A stretch of 55,381 bases of DNA. Source: Folioceros fuciformis (taxonomy: Eukaryota). The notes below the pieces were generated by a model, which did no database searches, was not told the DNA's origin, and saw nothing but the letters and a program-made list of their open reading frames with translations. Below are positions 1 to 12,310 of the stretch, piece after piece (positions within the stretch are counted from its first letter, which is position 1; each line of letters begins with the position of its first letter). Location: contig JBNGIO010006379.1 of assembly GCA_049999805.1 (NCBI GenBank), forward strand, positions 610,165-665,545, written 5' to 3'. Made by a program: the position numbers and the translations under genes.

Positions 1-68
1 CCACCAATCCATCCCAAACATAAACATTACCAGTGGATGCTGAGTTCTAAACCAAAACAGCAGCAATA

Positions 69-151
69 AACCTGAACACCAACAATTCATCCTACCACCA
101 ACTTGAATACTCCAAATTCATCATCACCAACATGAACACCACCAATTCAGG
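69..151. repeat. Degenerate ~30-bp tandem repeat, ~3 copies
   Basis: The motif aac(c/t/a)tgaa(c/t)ac...aattca recurs three times. Confidence 0.4.
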
Positions 152-764
152 GGAACGACTTGAAAATGAGTAACTTACTTAGTGTTACAATGCCTTGTAA
201 CAACTCAGAATTTAGAAATCAATGCATCATATGTGCTTTCCTTACAAGTATGGGTCCACCTCAATAGGCAAAAAGAAGAAGTTAAGACGTCTATCCAACA
301 AGGAAAGATGCTGCAATTGCAATTAACTTGAACGGTCTTCCACAAATAATCAAGGTGCTACTTCCTAGGGCAAGTTACCAGTAATTGTCCCCTTACAACA
401 TCGTTCTGGACTACCGGATAGATACGGATGGCGAGGCCTGTCGAGCACCTAACTTCTGCTCTGACAAGTCCATCAAGAAGTTGGACAGACACGAAAGCAC
501 CAGGAACTCTTGGCCTCCTAGCGAAACCTAAGGAGTAATCACGGCTGGGAACAGATGAAATTAAGGCTCAGAGCTTTCTGAAGCTATCCATGGAACCTAA
601 AGACGGAGAAGATGCTGCAAAGAATAACGAGATATATCACAGCTCAGTGTATGCCTGGTATGCCAACGGGCCTTCAATAACCGGAATGAGTTCGACAGCG
701 AAGGCTACATAGTAGAGCTTATGTACACATCTTGAGCAATAAAATCTGGCAGACAAGAGCGTCC

Positions 765-1889
765 TTAAAGAGAAAGAACTTGGCAGGCACCCCTTGGCAG
801 GGGATCAGCAAACTGAATTTTCTTGGTGATGTCATCGTAGAAGGTAAGAGAAGCAGTGGGCTTGGGGGAATCATCAATCTCAACAACTGCAACTGCTGCT
901 CGGCTTGAGCCAAGCAAGGGTTGAAAACCGGCAGTGCCGACAATACACAAACGCCCACCCAAACTGACGAGCTCTGGACCCCATGAAAGCACGGGGGCAT
1001 TCTCATCCAGAACTCCCCTGATGGATTCCCAATAGTCCTTGCTGGCGTTGTACACCGAGATCTCATTTTTTCCATCAATGGAGTGAGAGTCACCCACGGC
1101 ATACAGCTTGCCGTTGAGAGCAGCTGTTTTGGACTGCCAACCTGTGTTGAGACCATTGGCCATGTCGACCCACTCGTCCACCTGCGGGTCATATACAAGG
1201 CCCACGAGGTTTTCACTGGATGAGTTCACGACATAAAACTTGCCACCCAGAACGGCACTGTCATAAAGCTCCATAGGCTCCTTCATGCTTGCAATCAATC
1301 TCCACTTGTTACTGACGGGGTCGTAGACCTCAGCCGTAGCTCCGGGGCAGTCCTTCTCGGTGGAACCGCCTACCACGTAGAGCTGATTATTCACAACGCC
1401 AGCCATACACTTGGCCCGAGGAATGTTGAGTGAAGCTGCCAAGTTCCAGCGGTAATGTTGAACGTCAAAGTAGGACACGTAATTGCAGGCTTGGCCACTG
1501 TCAAGCTGCCCCCCAATCACAAACAATTTGCCCTCCACAACCGCTGAAGCAGAGCTGAGAGCAGTCCTGTGTTCATCCGGCAGAGGAGGCAGCTCAAACC
1601 ACTTGTTCGCCTTGGGGTCGAATCCATGCCACACATTGCACGAGTCCTGCGTCCAAAGGTAGAGCCACTCCTCGGATAGCAGCAGATTTTTCCTGGCCTG
1701 ATAAAAATATTTACTTTGCAGCAGTTCTCTCCAACTCCGGCACACAGCACTGAGAGCGTAGTGGTGAGATCGAGGCACGCGAGCCAGACACAGCAGGCCC
1801 AGGTCATTCGGAAGGTCAGGAATAAGTTCCCTCCCCTCCTCCTCCTTGGCAAGCCTGGCTCTCTTCACCTTTGGCCGAACCTTGGCCAT
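765..1889 (-). CDS. F-box/kelch-repeat protein (intronless CDS)
   Basis: N-terminal F-box LIPDLPNDLGLLCLARVPR is followed by kelch repeats (LFVIGG...W, LYVVGG...AEVYDP...W). First in-frame ATG is at 1889. Confidence 0.93.
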   Translation of the reverse strand: MAKVRPKVKRARLAKEEEGRELIPDLPNDLGLLCLARVPRSHHYALSAVCRSWRELLQSKYFYQARKNLLLSEEWLYLWTQDSCNVWHGFDPKANKWFELPPLPDEHRTALSSASAVVEGKLFVIGGQLDSGQACNYVSYFDVQHYRWNLAASLNIPRAKCMAGVVNNQLYVVGGSTEKDCPGATAEVYDPVSNKWRLIASMKEPMELYDSAVLGGKFYVVNSSSENLVGLVYDPQVDEWVDMANGLNTGWQSKTAALNGKLYAVGDSHSIDGKNEISVYNASKDYWESIRGVLDENAPVLSWGPELVSLGGRLCIVGTAGFQPLLGSSRAAVAVVEIDDSPKPTASLTFYDDITKKIQFADPLPRGACQVLSL

Positions 1890-2715
1890 CCTGTGCAACG
1901 CCAGGCTCCCCCCCAGGTCCAAAGGCTGTGGTCACCGGCAAACACGGCTCCACGCGAGGGCGAAGACGAGGGCAAGGGCACGCACCTGCCAATTCGGCTT
2001 CTTATCAAGAGCAAAGGGCAACAACAAGAAGGGCGAACGCACCATTGCTCGCCGGGCGCTGCAGGAGCCACAAATTCAGCATCGGACGGCCGTGAATTGG
2101 CGACGCATGCGAGGGTCGAGGCAGGGATGAGCCCCCATGCTCAGGAGGAGGGGATGCACAATTCTGGAGGCCCACATGGCATCCACCATGCTGCAGCACG
2201 CACAAGGGACCCAGGGCGGTGCACAGCCGTGAAAAGGAGCAAGGAAGAGGCGCTGCTCTAAGCTTGCGCTCCGATGACAGAGCGCAAGGGAAAGGGAACA
2301 CGAGGCGAGGGAAAGCGAACACAAGGCAAGGGAAAGGGAAAAGAGAGGCTCACAACCGAGCACAGAAAGAAGAGGAGAGAAGAGGAGGAACAGAGAGAGA
2401 ACTACATGGGTACTGGAGACTTGGGAGTAATAACATAAAACCCCATCCGAGGACGCCCGCCCCGGGTCGGGACCATCTTCGGCTGCTTGTATAATCAAAA
2501 GTACATACTTCTGTCCATACGACAAATATAGCTACGTGAAAGCTCGCTTGAGAGCCATACATAAGAATGATGCCAAAAGGAACTGAGTTGGGAGCGGCAG
2601 ACAAGGGATAGCTTTCAACCAGGGCTACGGTATGCATGCATTCACATGCTTCTCTCGACGAGAAAGCGCTTTCAGAGTCTGTTGGGTCTGCACTACCTAC
2701 TAGCCACCAGCTCAC

Positions 2716-4568
2716 TCATAACTTCAGTGCATCGGCCTTCTTCTCCAAGCTCACCAGCAGGTCGTCAAAGCTTTTGTTGAACGAGTCCACACCCTCCAAC
2801 TCCAGCTGCGAGCTCACGTCGGACCACGGGATGCCCAATTCCTCAATTTTCTTATACACCGCTTCAGCTTCCTGTAAATTGCTGTCGATGGTTCTCGCTA
2901 CTGTACCGTGATCCAAGAAAGCTTGAACTGCATTATCCGGCATTGTGTTCACCTAAAATCCGCACAAGCAGGCATCCCTCGTTATCTTCAAATTGCTAAG
3001 ACAAGCATCCAGGAGTGAGTTAGCACGCTACATGTATAACTTACAGTGTCAGGACCGATCAGAGGGGAAGTGTACAGAGTGTCGGGATATGCCGGGTTTT
3101 TGACCCCTGTGGACGCCCATAACAATCTCTGCTTCCTTGCCCCTCTCTTTTCCAGAGCCTCCCACCGAGGCCCTGAGAATTTAGTCTCATACAATTTGTA
3201 AGCCAATGCAGCTTGTGCAAGGGCAGCCTGCAATCAGCAACCAGACAGATGGGTCGTTTCAGACGATGTTAATGAGCAGTACACTTAGAAAAGAAGAAGG
3301 CCACAGCGTTGCATCTTACTTTTCCTTGAAGAGCAAGAGCTTCTTCTGTCCCAATCTGCTGCAGCTTCTTATCAACCAATGTGTCAACACGGCTCACAAA
3401 GAATGAAGCCACGCCCGAGATGCCAGACAAGTTGTGCAGGGGACAGGTTTCCAGTCCTTCCAGATAAGCATCTATCACTGCCTCGTACCGTGGAATTGAG
3501 AAAATGAGCTGGTGGAAAACTTGCAATAGTCAGCGAAGGCCATGGTCAAGGACCCACGGTCCAGGCAACACCTGATGGCAAGAGCAACTTACAGTGACAT
3601 TCACACTAATGCCCAGTGAGGTAACGGTTTTGATGGCGGGAACACACTCGGCAGTGGCTGGGATCTTGATGTATACATTCGGTCGATTCACTAACTCGTG
3701 CAGAGACTTAGCTGCCTCTGTTGTTTCCCCTACATCATTGGCAAGTCTCGGTGAGACTTCCACAGATATGAAACCATCTTCACCGTTACTCTGGTCGTAG
3801 ATCGGACGAAACAGTTCAGAAGCATCTTGGATGTCTTTCACAACCAAACCCCAGTAGGCTTCTTCAATGCTCCGACCCTCACTTATGAGCCGTCTGCAGG
3901 TGTAAACCAGTTAGTGAGCTAGCAGTACCTGCCACGTTCAGCCCAAGAAAATAACTTCGAAATCATGGAAGCAGACTCAGCCACCTGAACTGGTCGTCAT
4001 AGGCACTGGAAGATGATATAGCCTTCTGAAATATCTGCAATAGTCACAAGAGCATTGATTCAGCTTAAACCAGAACATCTATCCCCTCTTGAATGTTTAC
4101 CCGGTAACAAGAAAAGTAGGGATACCGTTGGATTACTCGTCACGCCCCGAATACCATTGTCGATGAATGGCTGGAGACTGGTTACTGGTCTGCGAAGATT
4201 ATCATACCAGGGACTCTGCTTCTGCTGCTCGTAAAGTTCATGCAAACGTGTTTTCTTTGCTGACTGCTTTTGAGTTTCAAGCACCATACACCTCACACTG
4301 CAGAGAATCACCACAGCAAGGCAATCACTCCACTCTTTCTCCTCTACCGTTCCTAAATCACGTCAATTCCAAATCATAGGCCTATTACCTTTCCTAATGT
4401 ACGGGACAAATTTCACTACCTTAGAAAAGCAGGAGTAACAGCGAAGTGGATCTTTCTAGATAACTTGGCGCTGGCAATCCGCCTCAAACCTTCGAAACTA
4501 TCCGCGACAGCATTGACCTGACCTACGTGGCCACGGGCGGCATCAAGGCTCCGGAGAAAGACTGCCAT
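2716..4568 (-). CDS. TAL: Plastid transaldolase, multi-exon
   Basis: Exons carry [34 protein letters not shown] (Schiff-base Lys), [22 protein letters not shown] and VNTMP. A transit-peptide-like first exon [13 protein letters not shown]... starts at ATG 4568. Confidence 0.93.
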
Positions 4569-5590
4569 GCTCGGTCTAGGCACAGACTGTCACCACAATG
4601 TCAATCCTGCAGCCAAAAGGACAATCAAAAGACCTCATTAGAATTTTCACCTTGGACCAGTCCGCAACTCAGGTGACGAGAGTGCTCGAACTTTATGCGG
4701 AAGATCTCTGTACTGTCCGCAAGAATCGACCACAACCTAGCCTCGTCAAGCAAAACGCCGAACGAGTGCCACGAACGAAGCACAGGACTGTACAATTGGA
4801 CACCATGAGGCACGCTACACCGGTGGTCCGAAACAAAAATTCTCCGCTGAGACATCATGAGCACCGGAGCTTGGGGTGACGATATAATGCAATGCAAGAG
4901 CTGGCGCTGAATGCAAACAAACTCACACAAGCAATTCCCTCGAAATTCACACACAATGCATGCAAGAGAAGACCACTTCCCAACGAACACGGCTGGAGAG
5001 CGACAAGCAAAACGGTTCCTTGCTGCAGAAGAGCACCAGACCTTGCAAGCACGTCTGAGGCCTCCCAACACCTTCAGGCCCACCGGCGTAGGAGAGACAC
5101 CACTAAAAAATCGGACAATTGGACGGAACAGGAAGTAGGAGCTGTGACTCGTCGTGCCTTCGAGCGCGATACTTAAACTTCTCAGTAGTCCAGCCCTCGG
5201 AGCCCCGAGAAGACGAAGGAGCATGCTGAGCCTACAAATAGTCTTCCAGGAGCACCTCGCCGGGCAGCTTCGCCTTGTCCTTCGTCTTGCCAACTCGGAC
5301 AAGGCAGGAAGGCCGGCCCACGTATCATCCGCTGCATACGTGGGATGCTACCTGCACTCCTTCACATTGTCGGGTACGGTACTGATCATTAAATACAATA
5401 AATTAAACAGATAATTTCTAGTGGAAAATCATACACAGTTTGGTAGGTACCATCGGTCATTAGTTTACAGCCGAAAATTGAACAAGTGTCCTCATTCGGA
5501 TGTTTACACTAGATTACTGCCTGCACCATGGCGACCATTGGGATCCATTTCTCAAAGGCGTAACTGCCGGTGATATTAACTGCTACAGTC

Positions 5591-7768
5591 CTACTTACTC
5601 CTCTTCTTGCGACCCTTATTGGGCTTCTCGTCCCTTTTGCGTTTCTTCCCTAGAGGCGGCTGGACACCTCCAGCCTTGCCCAATGCTGCCGCCTTTCGGG
5701 CCAGGACGGCTGGTCGCTTCTTCTTAGGGGGCTCGGCAGAATCATCTCTTCGCCTTTTCACGCCCCTTGATGCCGCTGGCCTGGCAGTCGCCGAGCTCCA
5801 CTCTCCTGGCCTGCCCCCCTTCTGTTTGCCTGCTCGCACACCTTCATAAGGAAGAGGTCCCCTGGCTTTCTTTGACGCAGGCCCCTCCTCACTAGCACGA
5901 CTCGATTCCCAGGACCTCTTCAAGGCACTCTTCCTATGTTGGTAATGTTGCTTCTGTTTATCTATCTGTTGGGAATTGCCCAACCTGTAAATACGCAACT
6001 TGCGAGCTCTCAAGGTTACTGATCGCTTGGAAAGGGCTCGACTGGCAGCCTCCTGCACGAGGAGCACGCATCCCTACGGTTAGCAAGGAAAGTGGGACAG
6101 GACCACTACCAGTACCAGGACCAGGGTCAATATCGGATTTTCCTCACCTTTGTTTTGAAGAGGACGAAGGCAAACCCTTTGCCAATGCTGGTTTGGGGAT
6201 CTCGCACTATTCTGACGCCCTCTAACTCACTCCCAGGTACAGCAAATACGGCTATCAATTCCTCGTCCTGACACAGAGACGATATCACTTGTTTGTCGGG
6301 AACGACGGACCAAACTTGCTAGCAAATTCAAAGCAGAAGATGGGCGCATCGTAAACACGGGAAGTGACAAGAGGGGGAATCAGGCATGCATACCTCTACA
6401 TCAAATGGGAGATTTCCAACAAAGAGGCTTCGAGTCTTGTCATACTGCACAGAGTTGCCTCCTGCTTTGCTTGGAGCTGAAGCCATATCCACACGAATGT
6501 GTTTACCCTGAAACTGTAGACACATTTCAAATTGCGGACAGAAACTCCTGAGATGAAGGACACGGAGAGCATGCAGCAATGCAAAACCGCACCAAGTCTA
6601 GACCGTACATACCTCTTGCATGTTGTGAACCAGTGCACCCGTTGCACTTTCTTGCGAGGTGAATACGATATATCCGTTGAGGCTGCAAGCAATTAGGGAA
6701 CATGAAGATCAGTCACACCATCCCACTGCCAAAACTCGGCCACGAAGCTCAGCTATGTAACATACCTGCTTCGCTGCTCATTCAATTGTCCGGTGATGAC
6801 AGCAGCCCTTCTTGGGAGTTTCGTCTGGTCAAGGACGGAGGCGGACAAACCCTCAGTAAACCAATGCGACATACCCTGCAAATCAATCACACAGTGCTCA
6901 CAGAACACAGACTTACATCAACCAACGGAACACTCCGTAACCGCGCCGACTCAACTGCTCCAAACTGGGAGAACTCCGCAATCAGATCCCTTTTCTTCAC
7001 GGTGGTCGGCAAATTCCCGACAAAAATCGTCCGGAGCAATCGCTGCTGTTCCTCTTCAGCGCTTGCTCTCGCCTTCTTCTTCACGACGAGTTCATCACTC
7101 TCACCTCTCTTTCGCTTTCCTGGACTAGGAGCCTCCATATTCCCGCCAGCGACTGCAGCCTCCTCACCGAAATCCTCTTTCGTCTCCACCTGCACCGCCC
7201 CTTCGGAACGAGCATGGCGTGTCTTCCCACCTGCTTTGTTCTCCTTACCGATGGCTTCTGCACTCTCCACATTTTGGCCATTCGATAACCGTTCTGACCC
7301 TGTTGCCCCACCCTCGCTTAACTGCTCGGTCCCATCTTCCTGCTTCCGTTTCTTCTTCTTCCTCTTCTTCTCGAAGACTCCTTCACCAGCCACAACATTA
7401 CCATCCGTCTGTGCCCCTACCCCACGCTCCTCTGCCACCTTCCTCTTCCGTCTCCTAACCTCACCCGTTCTTGCCAGTCCATCCCCGGCTATAGGAGGGG
7501 TTAAAGCATCCTTGTGGTCCAACGGAAGAATTTCTTCAAGCTTCCTGTACTTCCTAGCACTATCCCCAAATGTCTCCCTGCCTTCTGCACCACTCTCGCT
7601 GCTCAGCCTCTTCGTCCTGACCCTCCTCTTCTCCTCACCCGGAGGAGCCTCCATCGGTTCCACATTCTCAGGCCGCCTCCGATACGGATTGTTCACAAAT
7701 ATAGACAGGACTCCAGGAGAGGAAACCCCGGGCGATTCCTTCTCACCCTCCACTCCTCCGGCCATCAT
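5591..7768 (-). CDS. Two-RRM nucleolar RNA-binding protein, RBM34/NOP12-like, multi-exon
   Basis: RRM1 RTIFVGNLP...FSQFGAVESARLRSVP and RRM2 RSLFVGNLPFDV...GKGFAFVLF. K/R-rich N- and C-termini, with a YEGVRA motif near the end. Confidence 0.85.
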
Positions 7769-8033
7769 TGCCACATGGTCCGCCGCAGCGCAATGGTGAG
7801 AATTCGATTCCCTCAAGATCCGAACGGGCAGAACCGCAAAAGGTATACGCAGGAACAACCCTAATTTTCAACCAGCAACAAACGGGAGAGATGAAGTCCA
7901 ACGGGTCCCGTTCCACCTTAACGGGGGCTGGGGAGGCGAAGCGGCGCGAAGGCAGGATTTGCTCAGAGTCATGCATACATGCTTTCGCGCTGATCGCTTT
8001 GTCTCCTATTAACACGAAAAACAGAAGACTACG

Positions 8034-8453
8034 ATGGACTCTGTAGCCAGTGGCTCCGACGAGGGGCAGGACGAGGACGTAGAACTAAGTCAGGTTTACG
8101 ATGCTTTCAGGGACGAATTTGCACACGTTCACGACGCATTAATAGACGCCGGCAAAGATCTCCGGTCCAGGTTGGACCATATCTCTGGGAAACTGGACGA
8201 GACTATGTCCGAGATAACAACCATTCGAACACAAGGAACCCAGGAAAGGGCAGAGATGGAAAAACTTGTGCTCTTGGTCCGGGACCTGGAACAAAGAATC
8301 GAGGCGTTTAAGATCCAGCAGGAAACCACTAATCACGGCCTCCAAATGCTATCCCAATTACTGACTCAAAGGTCGTCACCTCGTGCAGGATTGAAGGAGG
8401 TGCAGACCCTGTTCGAAAATCTCTCCGCTGGGTCATCTGTCAAAAGGGATTGA
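8034..8453 (+). CDS. Hypothetical 139-aa acidic coiled-coil protein (intronless)
   Basis: Clean ATG-to-TGA ORF (ACGATGG context) filling the gap between two genes. Heptad-like L/I/M spacing over residues ~40-110. No family recognised. Confidence 0.6.
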   Translation: MDSVASGSDEGQDEDVELSQVYDAFRDEFAHVHDALIDAGKDLRSRLDHISGKLDETMSEITTIRTQGTQERAEMEKLVLLVRDLEQRIEAFKIQQETTNHGLQMLSQLLTQRSSPRAGLKEVQTLFENLSAGSSVKRD

Positions 8454-8467
8454 GGCTTCCTGCCCAG

Positions 8468-11400
8468 TCAGTGCCTTTGCTGAGTGTAGAATTTTTTGGT
8501 TCGAGAGGTGAACCAGAGTGTAGCCAGAGCGCCCGTGAAACTCACTGCTGCCAGAAATACCAACGCCCCGCTGAAGCACTGGGATCCCATGCAGTTGTTT
8601 TCTCCAAGTTCGAACCCAGGTTTGCCAATCATGGATGCCTGATACATGATAGCTTCCTTGTCGTAAAAGGTACCTACAACTTTAGCAGATAAAAGGTAGG
8701 CTCCGACAGGAGAGCTAAACCTGCAATCACCTTCTCATGGTCAGCATGCTCTATACACATGGCACATAACAAGACACAGGGGCTGGTCACTTACGTCATG
8801 ATCTTGTAAAGGGACGTGAAATGCCGCAATCCGAATATTTCTGAGGTTATGGGGGGAGTAAGACTCCAATAGGAACCGTAAGACAATCCTACCAAGGCTG
8901 ATCCCAGGTATAAACTTTCCGCTCCTGGCACGACAGTACGGGACACGCTTACGTTCGACAGGGCCCTTCACAGAGACAATTATTGGACACACAGGGGAGG
9001 TAGTCCTCAGGTACCTCCAGTTGCTAGTAATAGGCAGTTCACTGTCATGATCGTTTGGGAGATGAAGAGACAGAGAGGCCTTGGATAACCCCTTCCGAGT
9101 AGGTAGTCCGATCCAAAACTGTGAACACGACGCAGTATGGACAGGATCAGAACTGGTTCACGTGTCCCTAGGATTCCCAGTGGAAGGCATGCAGAGAGTA
9201 AGGTGTACCCGGCTAGAAGACGTCCGAAACAGCTCCAAATACTGATCATTCCCACGTACAGGTCCACGCCATCAGTCCCCAATGACTTCCCAATCTGAAC
9301 ATCCCATCAATGTCATCAGCAAGCTTCACTCGAAGCACCAAAGAAACAGCGCAACCACCATGCTTGCAGGCACTGACTGCACTTGTTCGTGCAGTTATGA
9401 CAAAATCCGAAATAGACTCTTAGCATGAGGTCAGTCAGGCATGTAGAGTAAACTCGAGCTGGAGTTTGACTTCACACCTGAGCGAAGTTATTGATAATGG
9501 CGAGTCCAGTCCCTCCTCCAACCATCACCACAAATGTTACAAGCCTAGATGCAAAGGTCACAGAACCGAGGAGAGGCAGTGTTGGTAATAGCCAGTCCAT
9601 GAGACAGCTGGCAGAATCACAAACAACACCCACATACCAAAAGTCCAGGCCCGTGAGAGATTGCCACAGCGTTGGCTCAACCATCTGGTCAAAGTGCGGT
9701 GATAGCTCAGATAAAGACATGGTTGCCAGCAGAGCTTCATCATCGCCTACGGACTCCAGGTCCTCGTCAAAAGAACGAGCTTTTTCAGAGAGGACCAAAG
9801 GCTGAATTTCAACAATCTTGCTATGAGCCGCCCTGGTTTCTGGATCGATGTCAGGCTCCAAACTCTCAGCTTTTCTCGTGCGCTTCCTAAAAAACAAGCC
9901 CTCCAGAAGGCTCACAGGTCTGCAAATGACCTGAATTTGAAGCCGGATGGCTAAGGGTCTCAACTTAATTCACAGTAGTTTTCAGGCAGGAGAACAAGAA
10001 AATTGCAAAAGTTTCTGAACAATGATACTGTCCAGCAACAGCTACACCATACAATGCACACCCAAAGCCAACAATACAGAAAATAAAGTATAATCTGAGT
10101 AGTTGCGTGAAGGAAGCATACCGGCACTGTGTATAAGACGATGACAGTAAAGACCATCACGAGTGCAACAGGGTGCATCATATGCTGTGCGACGTTCGAG
10201 GTTGCCTGAGAGTTTCAGAGTTACCGGCCACCAGTCTCACACGTAAGTCTGTGAGAGAAAGGACAAGAGCCATCTTGCTGTATGTATACTTACTTGCATG
10301 ATACTTTGGCTGAGTCAAAAAGCTCAGCTTACCTTGACAGTGTACGTGACCATTAAAAATAAACCAAGGAAGACTGTCAAGCCCTGCAAGACAAGTATAC
10401 ACCCTTACTGGTTGAGAACAAGAAGACGGTCATGGAATGTAGAATTCTTTTTTTGGAGATGGCAGAGCGTACATAAGAAACTAAAAATCGTTGTAGATCA
10501 TCGGACTTGTCATGGTGAAGACTTTCACCAAGAAATGGCCTGGTAGGAAATGCCCCAAGAAAATATGCCATGGATGGAACAAGGGTCACCAACAGCAGAT
10601 ACCTCTCCACATCTGGCTCAAGAAATGCGGCATAGATCTGGTCGAGCAACAAATCTGAAAGTGTCAGCATAACATAGGAAGAAGCTCCACACTACTTCAT
10701 GTCACTCAGAACAGTTGAGTTGAGAGGTGCTGGTAGGGAGAGATCAAGATACCACGACAAACATTCCACCACTTATTCCCACTTGGGCCTTGATGATGCC
10801 CATGGCCGTGCCAGGATGATCATCGAAATTCTGAACACTGGCAGAACGGATGCAAATATTCAGGCATCCTCTATCAAACAGTGTCAAAGGCGGAAATTGA
10901 TGAAAACACCAAAGTACCTGGTCATGATCGCCGCCGTGTCAACAAAGCCATCACCACCCACGCCCAAGGCAGAATATAAACACAGCTACCTTTCCCAAGC
11001 AACCACACAGACAAATTAATAACATCGACATCCAATCCTGCAACTTGGAGTAGCATTCCGGGATAAAATCTCCGAGACAAGGCAGACACACCATCCACAA
11101 CGATGATGAGACTTTGCCCATGAGCGTCAAGTAGACCTGAATCGACCATCCCACAACCATCTTGATCAGCACAGGCGTCACGCACACGCACCCCGAGAGC
11201 TGCTCATCCGTTCATAAGCTGGGAGACGACCTACCATGCCATAGCCAATTAAGTGGAGTAGTCCGCCAATTGCAACCGTTACCCAAGGTGGATAAAAGCT
11301 GTACAAAATCCCCGACAGAACTCCCAGAATTGCCCCAAAATCCTTAGCCGCCCCTATATCGTCAATCTGCTCCTGATCATAGTGCAGCTTGTGCTTCAAA

Positions 11401-11633
11401 TGCTCACTGTAGATTGCATATGTGTAGGTCAAGCCATTGCATCCCTGGAAACAGACGTATCGCAGCATGAGGTCAGATTTGGCCCATCAGGACCATGCCA
11501 GCGGCCACGAATGAGCTACATGATAGGCACCATCGGGCCTTACCATGAGAACCATAGACGCCGACAAGCATATCCATCGATCCCAATTTGGCCAAAACCT
11601 CCACTTCTTGACCTCCATGTTCTGAGAGACCAT
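8468..11633 (-). CDS. Nodulin-like / NFD4-like MFS transporter, copy A, multi-exon
   Basis: RWICLSASMVLM|GCNGLTYTYAIYSEHLK...Q.QIDDIGAAKDFG, GGGTGLAIINNFAQ, ISIWSCFGRLLAG. The last exon ends CMGSQCF...RTKKFYTQQRH* with the stop at 8468-8470. Confidence 0.88.
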
Positions 11634-12310
11634 CACAACCCCCCCGCTCTTGCAAGCTGGCGCCTTGGGCAGGTCAGTAGCGGAATTCCTGCGAGCACCA
11701 TACCCGACAGCCGCTATCTGACCCCGCAATGCATTGCCAGACGAAGAGCCTTCGGAATGGTATCGCATCACAGGGTCGACCCGCAGATCCGTGCAGCGCT
11801 GGCTTTCCCACTTGTCACGACTCGCCCACGAGTTTCCTCTCCTGTAACTTTGCTATCCTCGACTTTGCTATCTTAGCAAAGCCCCGATTAGACTCGCGTC
11901 TTATCGACACAAACTTTTCACACATTATTGAATAAAATGCTTACTATGCTTATAGGGCATTCGGAGTTCAGCACGCCTACATCAGCAACGTTCTGTAAAG
12001 CAAACCTAAAAATCTTACTCTTAACTCTGCAAAACTAAAATGTGTGTTAAGATCACTAATAGAACTAAGATTGTGTTTCAACTCTAAGCTAAGATTCCTC
12101 TAGAATTCGCCTCTGGCAAGATGCAACTGGTCGTCCTCGACATCGGCGATTCGGAGTGCCGCATCCGGCCGGAGGATGCCATGGCTCGGGCTCGTGTCTT
12201 CCTGCAGCTGGCAGGGCTCTTGAACCCGATCAAGTGAGACAGGATTGAAATGCCATTCGCCGGCAGCGGCAGCGGGGAGGGAGGTTCAGTGGGAGGAGCC
12301 TCGAGCTGAG

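Noticed and set aside
4625-5302. 225-aa minus-strand ORF upstream of transaldolase
   Set aside because: It needs a non-ATG start for full length, has no recognisable domain, and overlaps the probable transaldolase leader and leader intron.
6702-7799. 365-aa plus-strand ORF
   Set aside because: Antisense shadow of the K/E/R-rich first exon of the RBM34-like gene.
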